The notes: generated by a model from the sequence alone, not told the origin. Positions 28,170 through 38,918 are shown, numbered from the stretch's first letter. The stretch is DNA of 64,000 bases from an uncultured Candidatus Sumerlaeota bacterium (GCA_964580585.1 CAZOKZ010000003.1:51468-115467); one strand, 5' to 3'. Numbers and translations are program-made.

Positions 28170-28601
28170 CTACGCCGCCGGGGCTATCGGGGGCAGATCG
28201 CCGTCATTATTGTCGTCCGGTGAAATCCAATCTTCCGGCTTCAGAGGTGGCAGACCGAATCGCGCGCGAGCCTGATCGCAGCGTTCGTTTTGCACGCCAT
28301 TGACCCATGAAGCATCGAACGCCCGGCAAACGCTCGGCCGGTTCGGGTGGATCGAGCAAAACACCTGCTTGCAGAGTTCGCCTTCCAGCGCCACACACCG
28401 AGGATTCGAGCCGCCGGTTCCCTTCATCATCAACCGGTGCGGACCGAGACGATCGGTCATTTCGACCGGCACGCCGCCCGGCGTGGTCAGGTTCGATTCC
28501 CCCCAATAAAAACTGACGCGAAACATCGTGCAGCACACGCCGCAGCTCAAACAGGGATTCGGGGGATTGGCCATGAGACACTCGATCGGTGGATAGTTCA
28601 T
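28170..28601 (-). CDS. YkgJ-family (UPF0153) Zn/Fe-S cysteine-cluster protein
   Basis: The motif CLSCGVCC matches CxxCxxCC. The size of ~140 aa fits. Confidence 0.65.
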   Translation of the reverse strand: MNYPPIECLMANPPNPCLSCGVCCTMFRVSFYWGESNLTTPGGVPVEMTDRLGPHRLMMKGTGGSNPRCVALEGELCKQVFCSIHPNRPSVCRAFDASWVNGVQNERCDQARARFGLPPLKPEDWISPDDNNDGDLPPIAPAA

Positions 28602-28852
28602 TCAGCCCGGAGGGCGAGCCAGAATCAACTATCCACTTTTGTTCGGAAATCAAGCGGAACCCGCACAGAATGAACCCACCCTAACTCCGGGATTAATGAT
28701 TGTTAATAATTCGGAATTTCTTTGCAAAGTTCGACTGGGTTGATAAAGTGCAACCGTCTTGGGGCTGCGTTGTTCAAACCCAAAGCGTGTGATTTTAAAT
28801 CTCCGATGTGCGAAGATTCCGAACGGCATGTTTTGAAGGAAAGAAGGATACC

Positions 28853-31723
28853 ATGAAAAGTCATCTAAATATTACTCCTTATACGCTTGCTATGCTGACG
28901 GTGTGGATGGGGTCGTCGGCCATGGCTCAGATTTCGATCGATTCGCTCGTTCCTAATAGCGCCAACCCGGGTGACAACAACGTGAGTGTGACCGCGACGT
29001 TGAGCGGGACGCTCCCGCCCGCCCAGGTTCAGCCCACGGCGTTTGAAATCGGAACGCTCAGCGGCTTTGCCGTGTCGCGCCCCAACTCTACCGAAGTTAC
29101 CGCCACGTTCAGTTTCCCGGCCAACATGCCCGAAAGCGTCTATAACGTGACGATTACGTTTCCTTCGCCTAACGGCGATTTGCCCGTGATGTTAGCGAAT
29201 GGGTTTACCTTGGGGAACGCGGCGCCTCCCGCAACGAACGGTTTGGTTTCCAGAACGGGATACAGCTACCCGGGCTATACGCTCTTTGCGCCCATCCAAC
29301 AAACGACGACGTACCTGATCGATCAAAACGGCAACGTGGCTCATACGTGGGAGAGCAGTTATTCTGTCAATCTGTCGGCTTATTTGATGGACGACGGATC
29401 GATTCTGCGCGCGGCGAGCGATGCGGGGACGGGGTTGGTCGAACGCATCGACATAGACAACAACGTTGTCTGGAGCTGGACGCCGAGCGTTGACTCGAAC
29501 TTGAAATTGCACCACGACATCGAGCCGCTGCCCAACGGCAACGTCTTGATGATTGCGTACGATGTGATTACCGCAGCCGAGGCCATTTCTGCGGGGCGCG
29601 ATCCCTCCTTGTTGAGCACCGATGAGCTTTGGTCCGAAAGTATCATCGAGGTCGAACCCAATGGCGCCAACGGTGGGACGATTGTCTGGCGATGGAATGC
29701 TTGGGATCACCTGGTCCAGGATTATCTTAATGTCAAATCGACGAACGGAAAATCGACCAATGGTGCCCCGGGCGCTCATCCCGAGCTGATCGATCTGAAT
29801 TATGTGCTGAACACAGATGAAGACTGGCTGCATTTCAACGGAATCGACTACAATGCCGAATTGGATCAGATTGTCGTCTCGTCGCGTTCGTTGAGTGAAA
29901 TCTGGATCATCGATCACAGTTCGAGCACCGCCGAAGCGGGCAGTCATTCTGGCGGAAATGGAGGCCGAGGTGGCGATTTGCTCTATCGGTGGGGGAATCC
30001 CCAGGTTTACGACGCGGGCGATGCAAACGATCAGACTTTTTTTGGTCAGCACAATCCCCAGTGGATCGATAGCAGTTATCCCGGCGGAGGCAACATCCTG
30101 GTCTTCAACAACGGCCAAGGACGAACAGGCGGCGATTATTCTTCGGTCGATGAAATTGTTCCCCCGCTCAATGGTTACAATTACACCCTGACGCCAGGTT
30201 CGGCCTGGGGACCGTCCTCAGCGACTTGGACATATGTCGCTCCGAATCCAACGGACTTTTACGCCGATCATATTTCCGGCACGCAACGTTTGCCGGATGG
30301 CAATACGCTGATTTGCCATGGAACCGCGGGAGAAATTTTTGAAGTCACCCCGAGCGGAGACATCGTCTGGGACTATATTAATCCGTATATCGCCAGCACG
30401 CCACAAGGCGACAGCAACCAACTGTTCCGCGCGACCCGGTATGATCTGGACGCCGATCCGATCATCGCATTGGGGCTCAATAAAACCGGATCGAACCAAT
30501 ATTCTTACCCGATTGTCGATTCGGCCCAGGTGTTATGCTACAATAACACGTCGGAAATTATCGCTCCCGCCTCGGGCGAGGCTTTCTATGGTCAGGACGC
30601 CCAGTATTTTGGTTACCAACCCAGTTACACGATCAGCGCCGATGGCTTGACGGTAAGGGACAACATCACGCGCCTGGTGTGGGTGAAAGACCCCGATCTG
30701 AATGGTGACGGCGTAATCGACGTGAACGACAAACTGTCGGCTGACGATGCGGAACTTTATCCCGCGACGCTCAATGCGATTAATTACGGCGGTTACAACG
30801 ATTGGCGTTTGCCATCGGTCAAAGAGCAATACTCGCTGATGGATTTTTCAGGCGCCACAGGCATGGATGCGGCCAGTTCCAAACCGTATCTCGATACCGC
30901 GTATTTCGATTTCGCTTTTGGCGACGAATCGGCGGGCGAACGTTACATTGATTCTCAATGGGCCACGACCACACGTTATGTCAGCACGGTCTTCGGCGGC
31001 AGCGAAGCAATGTTTGGGAATAATTTCGCCGATGGGCGTATCAAAGGTTACGGTCTGAGCGATCCTGGTACCGGTGGGGAAAAACTCTTCTACGTACGTT
31101 GCGTGCGCGGCAATCCGGACTACGGTATCAACGACTTTGTCGATAACGGCGACGACACGGTAACCGATCTCGCCACGGGTTTGATGTGGCAGCAGGACGA
31201 CAGCGGCACGGGTAAAAACTGGGAAGAAGCGCTTGCGTACGTCGAGCAAATGAACGCGGCGAACTACCTGGGGCACAGCGATTGGCGATTACCGAATATC
31301 AAAGAGCTGCAAAGTCTCACCGATTACACACGTTCGCCGGATACCACGAATTCCGCCGCCATTGACCCGATTTTCAACGTGACGCCGATCACCGACGAAG
31401 GCGGCTCGACCAATTATCCATTCTACTGGAGTGGCACGACACACGTCGAAAACGAAGTTGGAACTTATGCATCCTACGTGTGCTTTGGCGAAGCCCTCGG
31501 ATTCATGGAGGACCCGATGAATCCCGGCACATACAACTTGCAGGACGTACACGGCGCCGGTGCGCAACGTAGTGACCCGAAGGAAGGAAACCCCGCCGAT
31601 TATCCCAACGGCCATGGACCTCAGGGCGATGTCATCCGCATTTACAATTTCGTGCGTTTAGTGCGCGACGCGGACATTGCACCCACACCGACGGTAACAA
31701 GCGATCAGTGGGCGATATTCTAA
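28853..31723 (+). CDS. Large secreted protein: N-terminal Ig/IPT-like region, arylsulfotransferase (ASST)-like beta-propeller-like region, two C-terminal DUF1566 (Lcl C-terminal) domains
   Basis: The N-terminus has a signal peptide. An ASST-like stretch follows (HHDIEPLPNGNVLMIAYD, HFNGIDYNAELDQIVVSSRSLSEIWIID), but this assignment is tentative. Two DUF1566 signatures are present: DNITRLVWVKD...YNDWRLPSVKEQYSL and DLATGLMWQQDD...HSDWRLPNIKELQSL. Start chosen at MKSH with RBS aaggaaagaagga. Confidence 0.5.
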   Translation: MKSHLNITPYTLAMLTVWMGSSAMAQISIDSLVPNSANPGDNNVSVTATLSGTLPPAQVQPTAFEIGTLSGFAVSRPNSTEVTATFSFPANMPESVYNVTITFPSPNGDLPVMLANGFTLGNAAPPATNGLVSRTGYSYPGYTLFAPIQQTTTYLIDQNGNVAHTWESSYSVNLSAYLMDDGSILRAASDAGTGLVERIDIDNNVVWSWTPSVDSNLKLHHDIEPLPNGNVLMIAYDVITAAEAISAGRDPSLLSTDELWSESIIEVEPNGANGGTIVWRWNAWDHLVQDYLNVKSTNGKSTNGAPGAHPELIDLNYVLNTDEDWLHFNGIDYNAELDQIVVSSRSLSEIWIIDHSSSTAEAGSHSGGNGGRGGDLLYRWGNPQVYDAGDANDQTFFGQHNPQWIDSSYPGGGNILVFNNGQGRTGGDYSSVDEIVPPLNGYNYTLTPGSAWGPSSATWTYVAPNPTDFYADHISGTQRLPDGNTLICHGTAGEIFEVTPSGDIVWDYINPYIASTPQGDSNQLFRATRYDLDADPIIALGLNKTGSNQYSYPIVDSAQVLCYNNTSEIIAPASGEAFYGQDAQYFGYQPSYTISADGLTVRDNITRLVWVKDPDLNGDGVIDVNDKLSADDAELYPATLNAINYGGYNDWRLPSVKEQYSLMDFSGATGMDAASSKPYLDTAYFDFAFGDESAGERYIDSQWATTTRYVSTVFGGSEAMFGNNFADGRIKGYGLSDPGTGGEKLFYVRCVRGNPDYGINDFVDNGDDTVTDLATGLMWQQDDSGTGKNWEEALAYVEQMNAANYLGHSDWRLPNIKELQSLTDYTRSPDTTNSAAIDPIFNVTPITDEGGSTNYPFYWSGTTHVENEVGTYASYVCFGEALGFMEDPMNPGTYNLQDVHGAGAQRSDPKEGNPADYPNGHGPQGDVIRIYNFVRLVRDADIAPTPTVTSDQWAIF

Positions 31724-31763
31724 CGGGAGCACGGCGGGATAAATCACGAAGCTCGATTCAAGC

Positions 31764-31802
31764 ATGAGTCCTATGCGACCTCTATGTCACATAGGACTCA
31801 TG
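31764..31802. terminator. Perfect 11-bp palindrome (atgagtcctat...ataggactcat) between convergent genes; possible bidirectional terminator or protein-binding site
   Basis: Seen directly in the sequence. The downstream U-tract is weak on both strands. Confidence 0.35.
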
Positions 31803-31827
31803 ATTATATAGATGCCTAGGGGACGCT

Positions 31828-33180
31828 CTATCCCCACCGTGCCAGGATATGCATGCTGATATGCACATAGATGAACAACCCGGCAACGTCGATCAGGGTG
31901 CTGATAAACGGACCCGACATCAACGCGGGGTCGAGTCCCATTTTTTCCAGCACCAACGGTAGCAATGTGCCGATTAAATTCGACATGGTGACAATCGTTG
32001 CCAGTCCGATCCCGATGCATACACCGAGAACGACACTGCTTTCCAGATAAAGAACGATGTTAAACGCGAGCAGGCCCAAAATGGTGGCGAGCAAAAAGCT
32101 GACACCAATTTCGCGCATTAGGATCTTCAGCGTGTCGGATAATTCCACTTCACCCGTGGCGAGTGCGCGAATGACCAGCGCTGCCGATTGCGTTCCCGTG
32201 TTACCACCGGTGGCAACCATGATTGGGATGAACAATGCCAACACGATGGTGGTATTGAGAAAATCCTGTGCGCCTTTCAGCAAAAACACCCCAACCGTTT
32301 CCGCCAGAAGCAACGCCACCAGCCACACAACGCGGCTCTTGGCCAGGTCCAGCACACGCGCGGTCAGATACGAGTCCTCGACGGGAATGATGGCCGCCTG
32401 CATCTGCGCGTCCTCGGTGTACTCGGCCTCGATAATATCCATCATATCGTCGAATGTGATGATACCGAGCAATTTACTGTCCGAATCGACGACCGGCAGC
32501 GCGATCAAGTCGTAGTGACGCAACATCTCGGCGGCTTCTTCCTGGTCGGCAGTCGCCTCGATCTTGATCACGTTTTCTTCCATCATATCTTCAATGACGA
32601 GATCGAGCGGAGCGGACACCAACTTGCGCAATGAAACGGTGCCGAGAAGTTTTTGATGCTTATCGACGACATAGAGCGCGTACACCGTTTCGCGATCGAT
32701 ACCCAGACGACGGATTTTTGCCAGTGCGTCCTCGATCGTCATTTGCGGGCGCAGATAAATGAAGTCCGGCGTCATCAAACGCCCGACGCTTTCCTCCGGG
32801 TAATTCAGCAGTGTCTGGGCAATCTGTCGCTCTTCGGGCGACAGCATCGTCATCAGGCGGCTGGCGGCGATCGCAGGCAAATCTTCGAGCAGCGCCGTGC
32901 GATCGTCGGGCGACATCTCTTCGAGGATGTGGCGGATCGTTTCGCTCTTCAGCTTTTCGAGCAGCGCGGCCTGCTGAGGAAACTCCAGGTACTCGAACAC
33001 CTCGGTCGCCACGTCTTTCGACAGCAGACGAAACACCACCACGAGGTCGCTTTCCTCGAGGTCCGAAATCATTTCGGCCAAATCCACGGCAGGCAGTTCC
33101 GCCAGGACTTCCTTCAGGTTGCGGAAGTCCTTGCGGGCAACGAGTTCTTCGATTTCGGGAAGGAGCAGTCTGCCGAGCAT
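31828..33180 (-). CDS. mgtE: Magnesium transporter MgtE
   Basis: Has an MgtE N domain, tandem CBS domains and a C-terminal 5-TM MgtE channel domain. Confidence 0.9.
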   Translation of the reverse strand: MLGRLLLPEIEELVARKDFRNLKEVLAELPAVDLAEMISDLEESDLVVVFRLLSKDVATEVFEYLEFPQQAALLEKLKSETIRHILEEMSPDDRTALLEDLPAIAASRLMTMLSPEERQIAQTLLNYPEESVGRLMTPDFIYLRPQMTIEDALAKIRRLGIDRETVYALYVVDKHQKLLGTVSLRKLVSAPLDLVIEDMMEENVIKIEATADQEEAAEMLRHYDLIALPVVDSDSKLLGIITFDDMMDIIEAEYTEDAQMQAAIIPVEDSYLTARVLDLAKSRVVWLVALLLAETVGVFLLKGAQDFLNTTIVLALFIPIMVATGGNTGTQSAALVIRALATGEVELSDTLKILMREIGVSFLLATILGLLAFNIVLYLESSVVLGVCIGIGLATIVTMSNLIGTLLPLVLEKMGLDPALMSGPFISTLIDVAGLFIYVHISMHILARWG

Positions 33181-33407
33181 CGAAGGGCCTTTGACGCAGG
33201 AATGGGAAAGTTCAAGCAGGACTGAAACGGTATCTCAAACCGAGTGGCGATTCCGGTCAATGGAAGGTTGGCGGCGAGAGGGAACCGATTTTGGAAACCG
33301 GTTGCTTGAAAGCAGGGAAAGTTGGCTTTTCGGGGAAAAATAACGGGTTACCGTGCGCAATCTTTCGGTAACCCGTGTCCGATCTCAGGAAAGTCTGCCG
33401 GGTACGC

Positions 33408-35135
33408 TCAGTAGGCCCCGACAGCGGCATTGCGACGAGCGTCCGCGCCGCCTTCCAGCGCGTCTCCCAGACGATCGATCCATACGCCTTGCACCCCGCC
33501 GAAGAACTCGTCTCGCGATTCGTATTTTTCGAGCGAAATCGCCCGGTCGGACGGGAAAAATGCCGCCGTTTTTTGCATCGTTTCGTCGCTGATCGGGCTT
33601 TCGAAAGACAACACACGCGTCCTGGTATTGAAGAACACACGCGGGGCCTGGATGGCTTCATTCATGGATTTGCCGAAATCGATTTTCTGAATCAACGTCT
33701 GCACCACCGCGCTCGGAATGCGCGGGCCGCCGGGCGACCCCAACGTTCCCACCGGCTTGCCGTCTTTGAACACGAGCACCGGCGCGATGCTCGAACGTGG
33801 GATTTTGCCCGCCGCCGGAGCGTTTGGGTGGTCGGCTTCGAACGTGAAATCCGCCATGTGGTTGTTCAGCACAATGCCCATTTCGGGCACCACGATTCCC
33901 GATCCGAACCAGCCATTGATCGACTGGGTCAACGCCACCACGTTGCCTTCTTTATCCGCGACGGATAGGTGGGTCGTGTTCCCTTCGATCCCCGGAAGAT
34001 CGAAGTTCACGTTGATTGCGCCAGGAACGGTCTTCACCGCATTCGCATCCAACGTGGAAGGCATCACCATCTCGGCGCGAGCGGCATTGGTCCAATCCGG
34101 CGAGAGCATCCACGCCACGGGCACGGGATAGGTCGCTGGATCGGCGACCTTCTCGCCGCAAATCTTGTACGCATTGTCGAGCGCGCCGATCAGCAGCGTG
34201 TAAAACTCGGGCGAGTCGGGACCGAGCGCTGCGAGGTCGAATTTCTCCAGTTGATTCAGCGTTTCAAGCACGATCAGTCCGCCCTGGCTGGGCGGTCCGG
34301 TCGTCACAATTTCATACCCGCGATAGGATGTGCGGATTTTCGGCGTTTGGCGCGGTTCGTACCGCATGATGTCTTTGGCGGAAACTACCCCGCCGACATC
34401 CTGAATCGAGCGGGCGATTTTCGCCGCGGCGATGTCGCCGTAAATGGCGCTTGGTCCCTGGCTCTTGATCTTCTTCAGCGTCATCGCCAAGTCCGTCTGG
34501 ATCAGTTGCGTTCCCACGTCCCAGGGATGGCGTCCATCCTTCAGAAAAATCTGTGCTGCCGAGGGATTCTTCGCCAGCAAATCCGCTCGCGCGACCATCT
34601 TGGCATGCAACCGCTTGTCGATCTCGAAACCATCCTCGGCAAGCCGGATTGCCGGATCCAGACAGTCGGAAAATTCCAGCCATCCGTTGTTGAACTGCAA
34701 CTCCCAGAGGGCGCGCGCCATGCCTGGAACGCCGACAGAGAGCGGACCGGTTTGCATTTTCTCGCCGGTAATTTCTCCGCTGCCGTTTGTGTAATGCTCG
34801 GCCTTCAACCCTGACGGAGCCGTCTCCCGAAAATCCATGACCTCGGTGCGCAAGCTGTTGGGGCTGTGCGTTACCATGAACCCGCCGCCACCAAGGCCGC
34901 TCGCATGGGGTTCGAGCACGCTGAGGGCAAATGCTGCCGCAGTGACCGCGTCAAACGCGTTGCCGCCCTTTTCCAGCATTTCGATGCCTGCCTGAACCGC
35001 CAGAGGATGACCCGCCGCGATCATCACCGTCGCCGTGCTGGATCTGTCGGAGGCGTGAACCTGAGCCGAAGCCGCGCAGGGGGTGATTGCTGCCAGTAAA
35101 GTGAAAAAAAATGTCCAAGGAATCAATCGAGCCAT
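33408..35135 (-). CDS. ggt: Gamma-glutamyltranspeptidase
   Basis: The signal peptide reads MARLIPWTFFFTLLAAITPCAASA. The Thr nucleophile context is GNTTHLSVADKEGNVVALTQSINGWFGSG. The ORF extends to 35330, but the start with RBS gggaga at 35135 is preferred. Confidence 0.9.
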   Translation of the reverse strand: MARLIPWTFFFTLLAAITPCAASAQVHASDRSSTATVMIAAGHPLAVQAGIEMLEKGGNAFDAVTAAAFALSVLEPHASGLGGGGFMVTHSPNSLRTEVMDFRETAPSGLKAEHYTNGSGEITGEKMQTGPLSVGVPGMARALWELQFNNGWLEFSDCLDPAIRLAEDGFEIDKRLHAKMVARADLLAKNPSAAQIFLKDGRHPWDVGTQLIQTDLAMTLKKIKSQGPSAIYGDIAAAKIARSIQDVGGVVSAKDIMRYEPRQTPKIRTSYRGYEIVTTGPPSQGGLIVLETLNQLEKFDLAALGPDSPEFYTLLIGALDNAYKICGEKVADPATYPVPVAWMLSPDWTNAARAEMVMPSTLDANAVKTVPGAINVNFDLPGIEGNTTHLSVADKEGNVVALTQSINGWFGSGIVVPEMGIVLNNHMADFTFEADHPNAPAAGKIPRSSIAPVLVFKDGKPVGTLGSPGGPRIPSAVVQTLIQKIDFGKSMNEAIQAPRVFFNTRTRVLSFESPISDETMQKTAAFFPSDRAISLEKYESRDEFFGGVQGVWIDRLGDALEGGADARRNAAVGAY

Positions 35136-35251
35136 CTTATCTCCCATATTAATCGAACGAATGCACGCCCGATGAGTGCTGTATGTGGAAATTGTGGTAT
35201 TTAACGGGGCGATCAGGCAACGCGAAAACTCACCCGGCGTCCAGGTTGGGA

Positions 35252-35917
35252 TCAACCTTGCAACACTTTGGCCAATTCGTCGAGCACTCCAGCGGCGGCG
35301 GGGTGGGCGCTGCTGGCGGCGAGTTCCCACGTGGTGAATTCACCTCCGTACAGCGAAGCTGTGGCGTTTGGATCGGCTCCAGCGTCGATCAACAGTTGGG
35401 CGATTTTCGCCGCATTGGCGGGGGTTGTTTGACGTCGAATTTCCACTCCGTTTGCGGCAACATAATGCAGCAACATGGCGCGATGACCGAATCTCGAGCG
35501 GGCGGAGACAAGACGCGGTTCTTGAACGAGCAGCATTTGCAGCGTCGCGATATCTCCGCATACCACGGCATCGACCGCGCGTTCAAATTCGGCATCTGGT
35601 GTCAGATCGCCCAAAGTTTCAACGGCGTTCCAATCGGGAAATCCATGTTCGCGGGCAATCGTTTCGCGGGCATCGTCCAGTGAAATGTCAGCGGCTAAAG
35701 CAGCCTGCTCTGTCATGCCGACAAGTCGTGGTAAATAATTGCAAAATTCGATATCGGCGCCTTTGCGATTTTCTCGATGCGCCTCGAACAGAATTTGCGC
35801 TTGATGACCGAGCACCACGCGGATGGGCAATCTTACCCAATCCGATTCGTATATCGCGGGATATAACCGCTGAACCAAATCCACATGTGGATGGATGTAT
35901 AGAGGGCTGGATTCCAT
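35252..35917 (-). CDS. Ankyrin-repeat protein
   Basis: The C-terminal half contains ANK repeats (AMLLHYVAANGVE..., AKIAQLLIDAGADPNA). Confidence 0.5.
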   Translation of the reverse strand: MESSPLYIHPHVDLVQRLYPAIYESDWVRLPIRVVLGHQAQILFEAHRENRKGADIEFCNYLPRLVGMTEQAALAADISLDDARETIAREHGFPDWNAVETLGDLTPDAEFERAVDAVVCGDIATLQMLLVQEPRLVSARSRFGHRAMLLHYVAANGVEIRRQTTPANAAKIAQLLIDAGADPNATASLYGGEFTTWELAASSAHPAAAGVLDELAKVLQG

Positions 35918-35952
35918 GAGGAATGCTCGAATCGAATGAGTGAAATTTGGGG

Positions 35953-37314
35953 TTATCGTTCCAGACGCGCTTTACGAATCGCGTTGCGCAAATCTTCGAT
36001 GGATAAATCCACTTTGCAAATGCGCCCTGCTTTATCCACCAGGAACAAGCGGGGAACTTCCTTGATATTGAGCGCTTTCGCGATGGGTGAATTGTAACTC
36101 TCGCCGTCACAAAGCTGGACCCAGTGAATTCCGGCTTCCTGCTGGAACTCCTTCAGCGTGTCGATGGACTTGTCCAGGCTTATTCCGACAATGACCACCC
36201 CTTGGCGTTCCTGGAGATAGTTGAACAAGTCGGCGTTGGTTTTGATCATCGTCCGCGATTCCATATCCCAGGTGGCCCATGCCACCACCAGTACCACGTC
36301 GGAAGCATAATCGCGCATATCGAAGGTGCGATTGTAGATATCCGGGGCGATTATTGGGGGGAAAAATTTCCGCTGCTCAGTGGGGATCAGTTCAAATTCC
36401 GGGTTGTCGTCGGCACGCTCAAAAAGCGTGAGTGCGTAAACTCGACGCATCTCGTACAATCGGTCCTTGAGCAAGTCGGAACTGGGATGGGCGATGATAT
36501 TGGCCATTTCACTTTCGGTCAGAGGGCGGAAACGCTCAATCGCCAAGGGGGGCTGATCGATATTGGTCAGTGGGACATTGGGCAAGGGGGTTTGAATCGA
36601 AGCACGTTCACGAGGCGGTAATTTGGTTTCCTGCATTCCCCATGCAATCAACGTCAGCGCATTCTGCAACTGACCGCTGGATTGACGATCAACCTCCAAC
36701 GTGCCGCCAATAACCAGCATGCCGTTGCCAATGCGGCGCGAAGCCATCACCGGGGCATTTGATTTTGCCCAGCGGTAGTGAACATACCAGTCATTGTGAT
36801 CGAGCTTTAACGTGCGCGCTCCCTTGTTGCACAGCCACACGTTGCCACCCAAAGGACCCTTGCCGACTAACTCGGGAATAATTTCACCCGCAGCGTTGTC
36901 CTTAGCACTGTACTCAAAGTCGAAACGCGTCCCCAGATAGTTAAAGCTCTTGATCGTGTTCTCCGGCGAATCGGGCCCCGCCAACAAAATCAAAACCCCT
37001 CCATCGTAGATCATTTTATGGAAGGCTTCCATATCGTCGCGGAAAAATTCCGCGCCATCAGGCATTTGATTGATGTAGAAAACCGGGGAAGTTCGGATCA
37101 CTCGCCGGTCGGCCGGTGTAATGGGAAACGTTGCAATGTCCAGGTAGTACGCAACATCGCCCAGGTCCACGCGCTTGGGTTTTTCGTTCGGCTTACTATC
37201 ATAGTAGCCGATCATCACATTCACACGATCGATGGCTTGCACCGTTGCCGGAACAAGGGCGATCCAACCGAGTATCCCCAGCAGCATGGTGAGGCGTGTG
37301 AAAGTTCTAACCAT
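35953..37314 (-). CDS. Secreted protein with C-terminal thioredoxin-like (redoxin) domain lacking the CxxC motif
   Basis: Has a signal peptide. The C-terminal ~130 aa align in spacing to TlpA/AhpC-type redoxins, with WATWD in place of W-C-x-x-C. Confidence 0.4.
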   Translation of the reverse strand: MVRTFTRLTMLLGILGWIALVPATVQAIDRVNVMIGYYDSKPNEKPKRVDLGDVAYYLDIATFPITPADRRVIRTSPVFYINQMPDGAEFFRDDMEAFHKMIYDGGVLILLAGPDSPENTIKSFNYLGTRFDFEYSAKDNAAGEIIPELVGKGPLGGNVWLCNKGARTLKLDHNDWYVHYRWAKSNAPVMASRRIGNGMLVIGGTLEVDRQSSGQLQNALTLIAWGMQETKLPPRERASIQTPLPNVPLTNIDQPPLAIERFRPLTESEMANIIAHPSSDLLKDRLYEMRRVYALTLFERADDNPEFELIPTEQRKFFPPIIAPDIYNRTFDMRDYASDVVLVVAWATWDMESRTMIKTNADLFNYLQERQGVVIVGISLDKSIDTLKEFQQEAGIHWVQLCDGESYNSPIAKALNIKEVPRLFLVDKAGRICKVDLSIEDLRNAIRKARLER

Positions 37315-37361
37315 GAGAATAATTCGCTAATCCCAGAAGAAAAAACGCGAGGCTTTACCGA

Positions 37362-38462
37362 TCAGCCCATCGACTTGATCCACAACCCTACCAAAATTCC
37401 TACCAAAAGCATGGCAAATGCCACCAACCCAACGATGATAAGCAGATTTTTGTCGATTTTCGATGGAGAAGCGGTTGGCACGGCAGCGGACGGTTCCGTG
37501 GGCTCGGTCGAGGGTTTAGCGGACGGCTTGGTATCCATGCTCGAAGGTTCCGAATCGCGCAAATCCCGGTTCTTCATCCAGGCTTCAAGCGCATCGTGCA
37601 CTTCCTTGGCGCTCGAATAACGATCCTCGGGATTTTTCTCCAGCATCTTCTTGATGATCCGCGTCAGGGATTTTGAAATCCCCGGGTCCAGATCGCGCAG
37701 GTCGGCGGGCTGATTTTGCACGATATTGCGCATCGTTTTCAAATCGTCAGCGCCGATAAACGGATGCGTTGCCGTGATCATTTCGTAAAACACCGTGCCG
37801 AGCGAAAAAATGTCCGCGCGTCCATCGGGCCGGATATTGAACTGATCGGAAATTTGTTCGGGCGCCATATAAGCAGGCGTTCCTACCGCGAACCCGCTGG
37901 CCGTCAAGGTTTCGTCCTTGCGCCCTTTGGCCAAGCCGAAATCCGTCAGCACCACGCGATTGGTGCCTTTCTCGATCAGGATATTACCGGGCTTGATATC
38001 GCGGTGCAAAATGCCCTTGCTGTGTGTGTACTCGAGCGCGCCCGCCACGGTCATAATGACGCGAGCGGCTTCTTCCTGGGGCCATTTTTTCCCCCGGCGG
38101 CGCTCGCTTTCCAAATCGTAACCGTCGATATATTCCAACGCCAGGTACTGGAGCGGCCCGGCGTCCTCGAATTCGTACAGCGTCGCGATATGTGGATGGC
38201 GAATCTGGGCGAAGGTGCGAGCTTCGCGCTCGAAACGGCGCAGGCTGTTTTCACGCGAGGCACGTTCGGGCGAGAGCGTCTTGAGCGCGACTTTGCGGTC
38301 GAGTTTTGTGTCCTTGGCCAGATAAACGATTCCCATACCGCCCCGGCCCAACTCGCCCAGCAGTTCGTAATTACGCTTGGCGAAGAGCGCCGATAATCGA
38401 TCGGACGTCGAAGACGACCCGCCGGGGGAGGGCGATCTGCGTTGCTGCTTCTGGGAATCCAT
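37362..38462 (-). CDS. Serine/threonine protein kinase (Hanks-type) with C-terminal TM anchor
   Basis: Shows LGRGGMGIVYLAKD, VALK, HRDIKPGNILI, DFGLAK and APE motifs. Confidence 0.85.
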   Translation of the reverse strand: MDSQKQQRRSPSPGGSSSTSDRLSALFAKRNYELLGELGRGGMGIVYLAKDTKLDRKVALKTLSPERASRENSLRRFEREARTFAQIRHPHIATLYEFEDAGPLQYLALEYIDGYDLESERRRGKKWPQEEAARVIMTVAGALEYTHSKGILHRDIKPGNILIEKGTNRVVLTDFGLAKGRKDETLTASGFAVGTPAYMAPEQISDQFNIRPDGRADIFSLGTVFYEMITATHPFIGADDLKTMRNIVQNQPADLRDLDPGISKSLTRIIKKMLEKNPEDRYSSAKEVHDALEAWMKNRDLRDSEPSSMDTKPSAKPSTEPTEPSAAVPTASPSKIDKNLLIIVGLVAFAMLLVGILVGLWIKSMG

Positions 38463-38918
38463 TCAAAACCACCTCGCCGTAAATCTGAAACCAGTGCGCA
38501 CCAAACCCACAATCCGAGTCTTTTGCGGGGTTGCCTTCTCAGAATACTTACCCGACACCATTTTGGGTCAATTCGGATTTGATACGTTCTCGACGAAAGC
38601 CAAAAAAGAAACTCGAACCCGAATGCAAGCGATTACCCTAGCATTCTGCGAGGGTGTGCTCAGCAGGCGCAACGGAGAAACGCGCCCAACGTGGGCAAAA
38701 TCAACACTCAGCCCGCGCCCGGGTGCCGAAAAAGCCAATGAAACAGGAAAAAATTTCCGAAATTTCAGGCATTAACTCTCGATAACTTCGCTAACCGCTT
38801 CTCATAGCCCGCAAACCTTGCGACCCTGGCCGGGATTTTCCTCGCAACCATCCATCTCTAATGCATACCCTTCGGATTACTCGGGAAATAAATCCGCCGA
38901 AGGACGCTGTTTGCTCTC

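Noticed and set aside
28715-28740. Sigma-54 -24/-12 promoter (cggaatttctttgcaaag) upstream of the ASST/DUF1566 gene; similar TGGCAC at ~26531
   Set aside because: The GG-to-GC spacing is off by one at 28715 and by several nt at 26531. The -24 element is poor, so it is not reported as a feature.
33375-34814. Plus-strand ORFs of 197 and 281 aa
   Set aside because: They are antisense to ggt.
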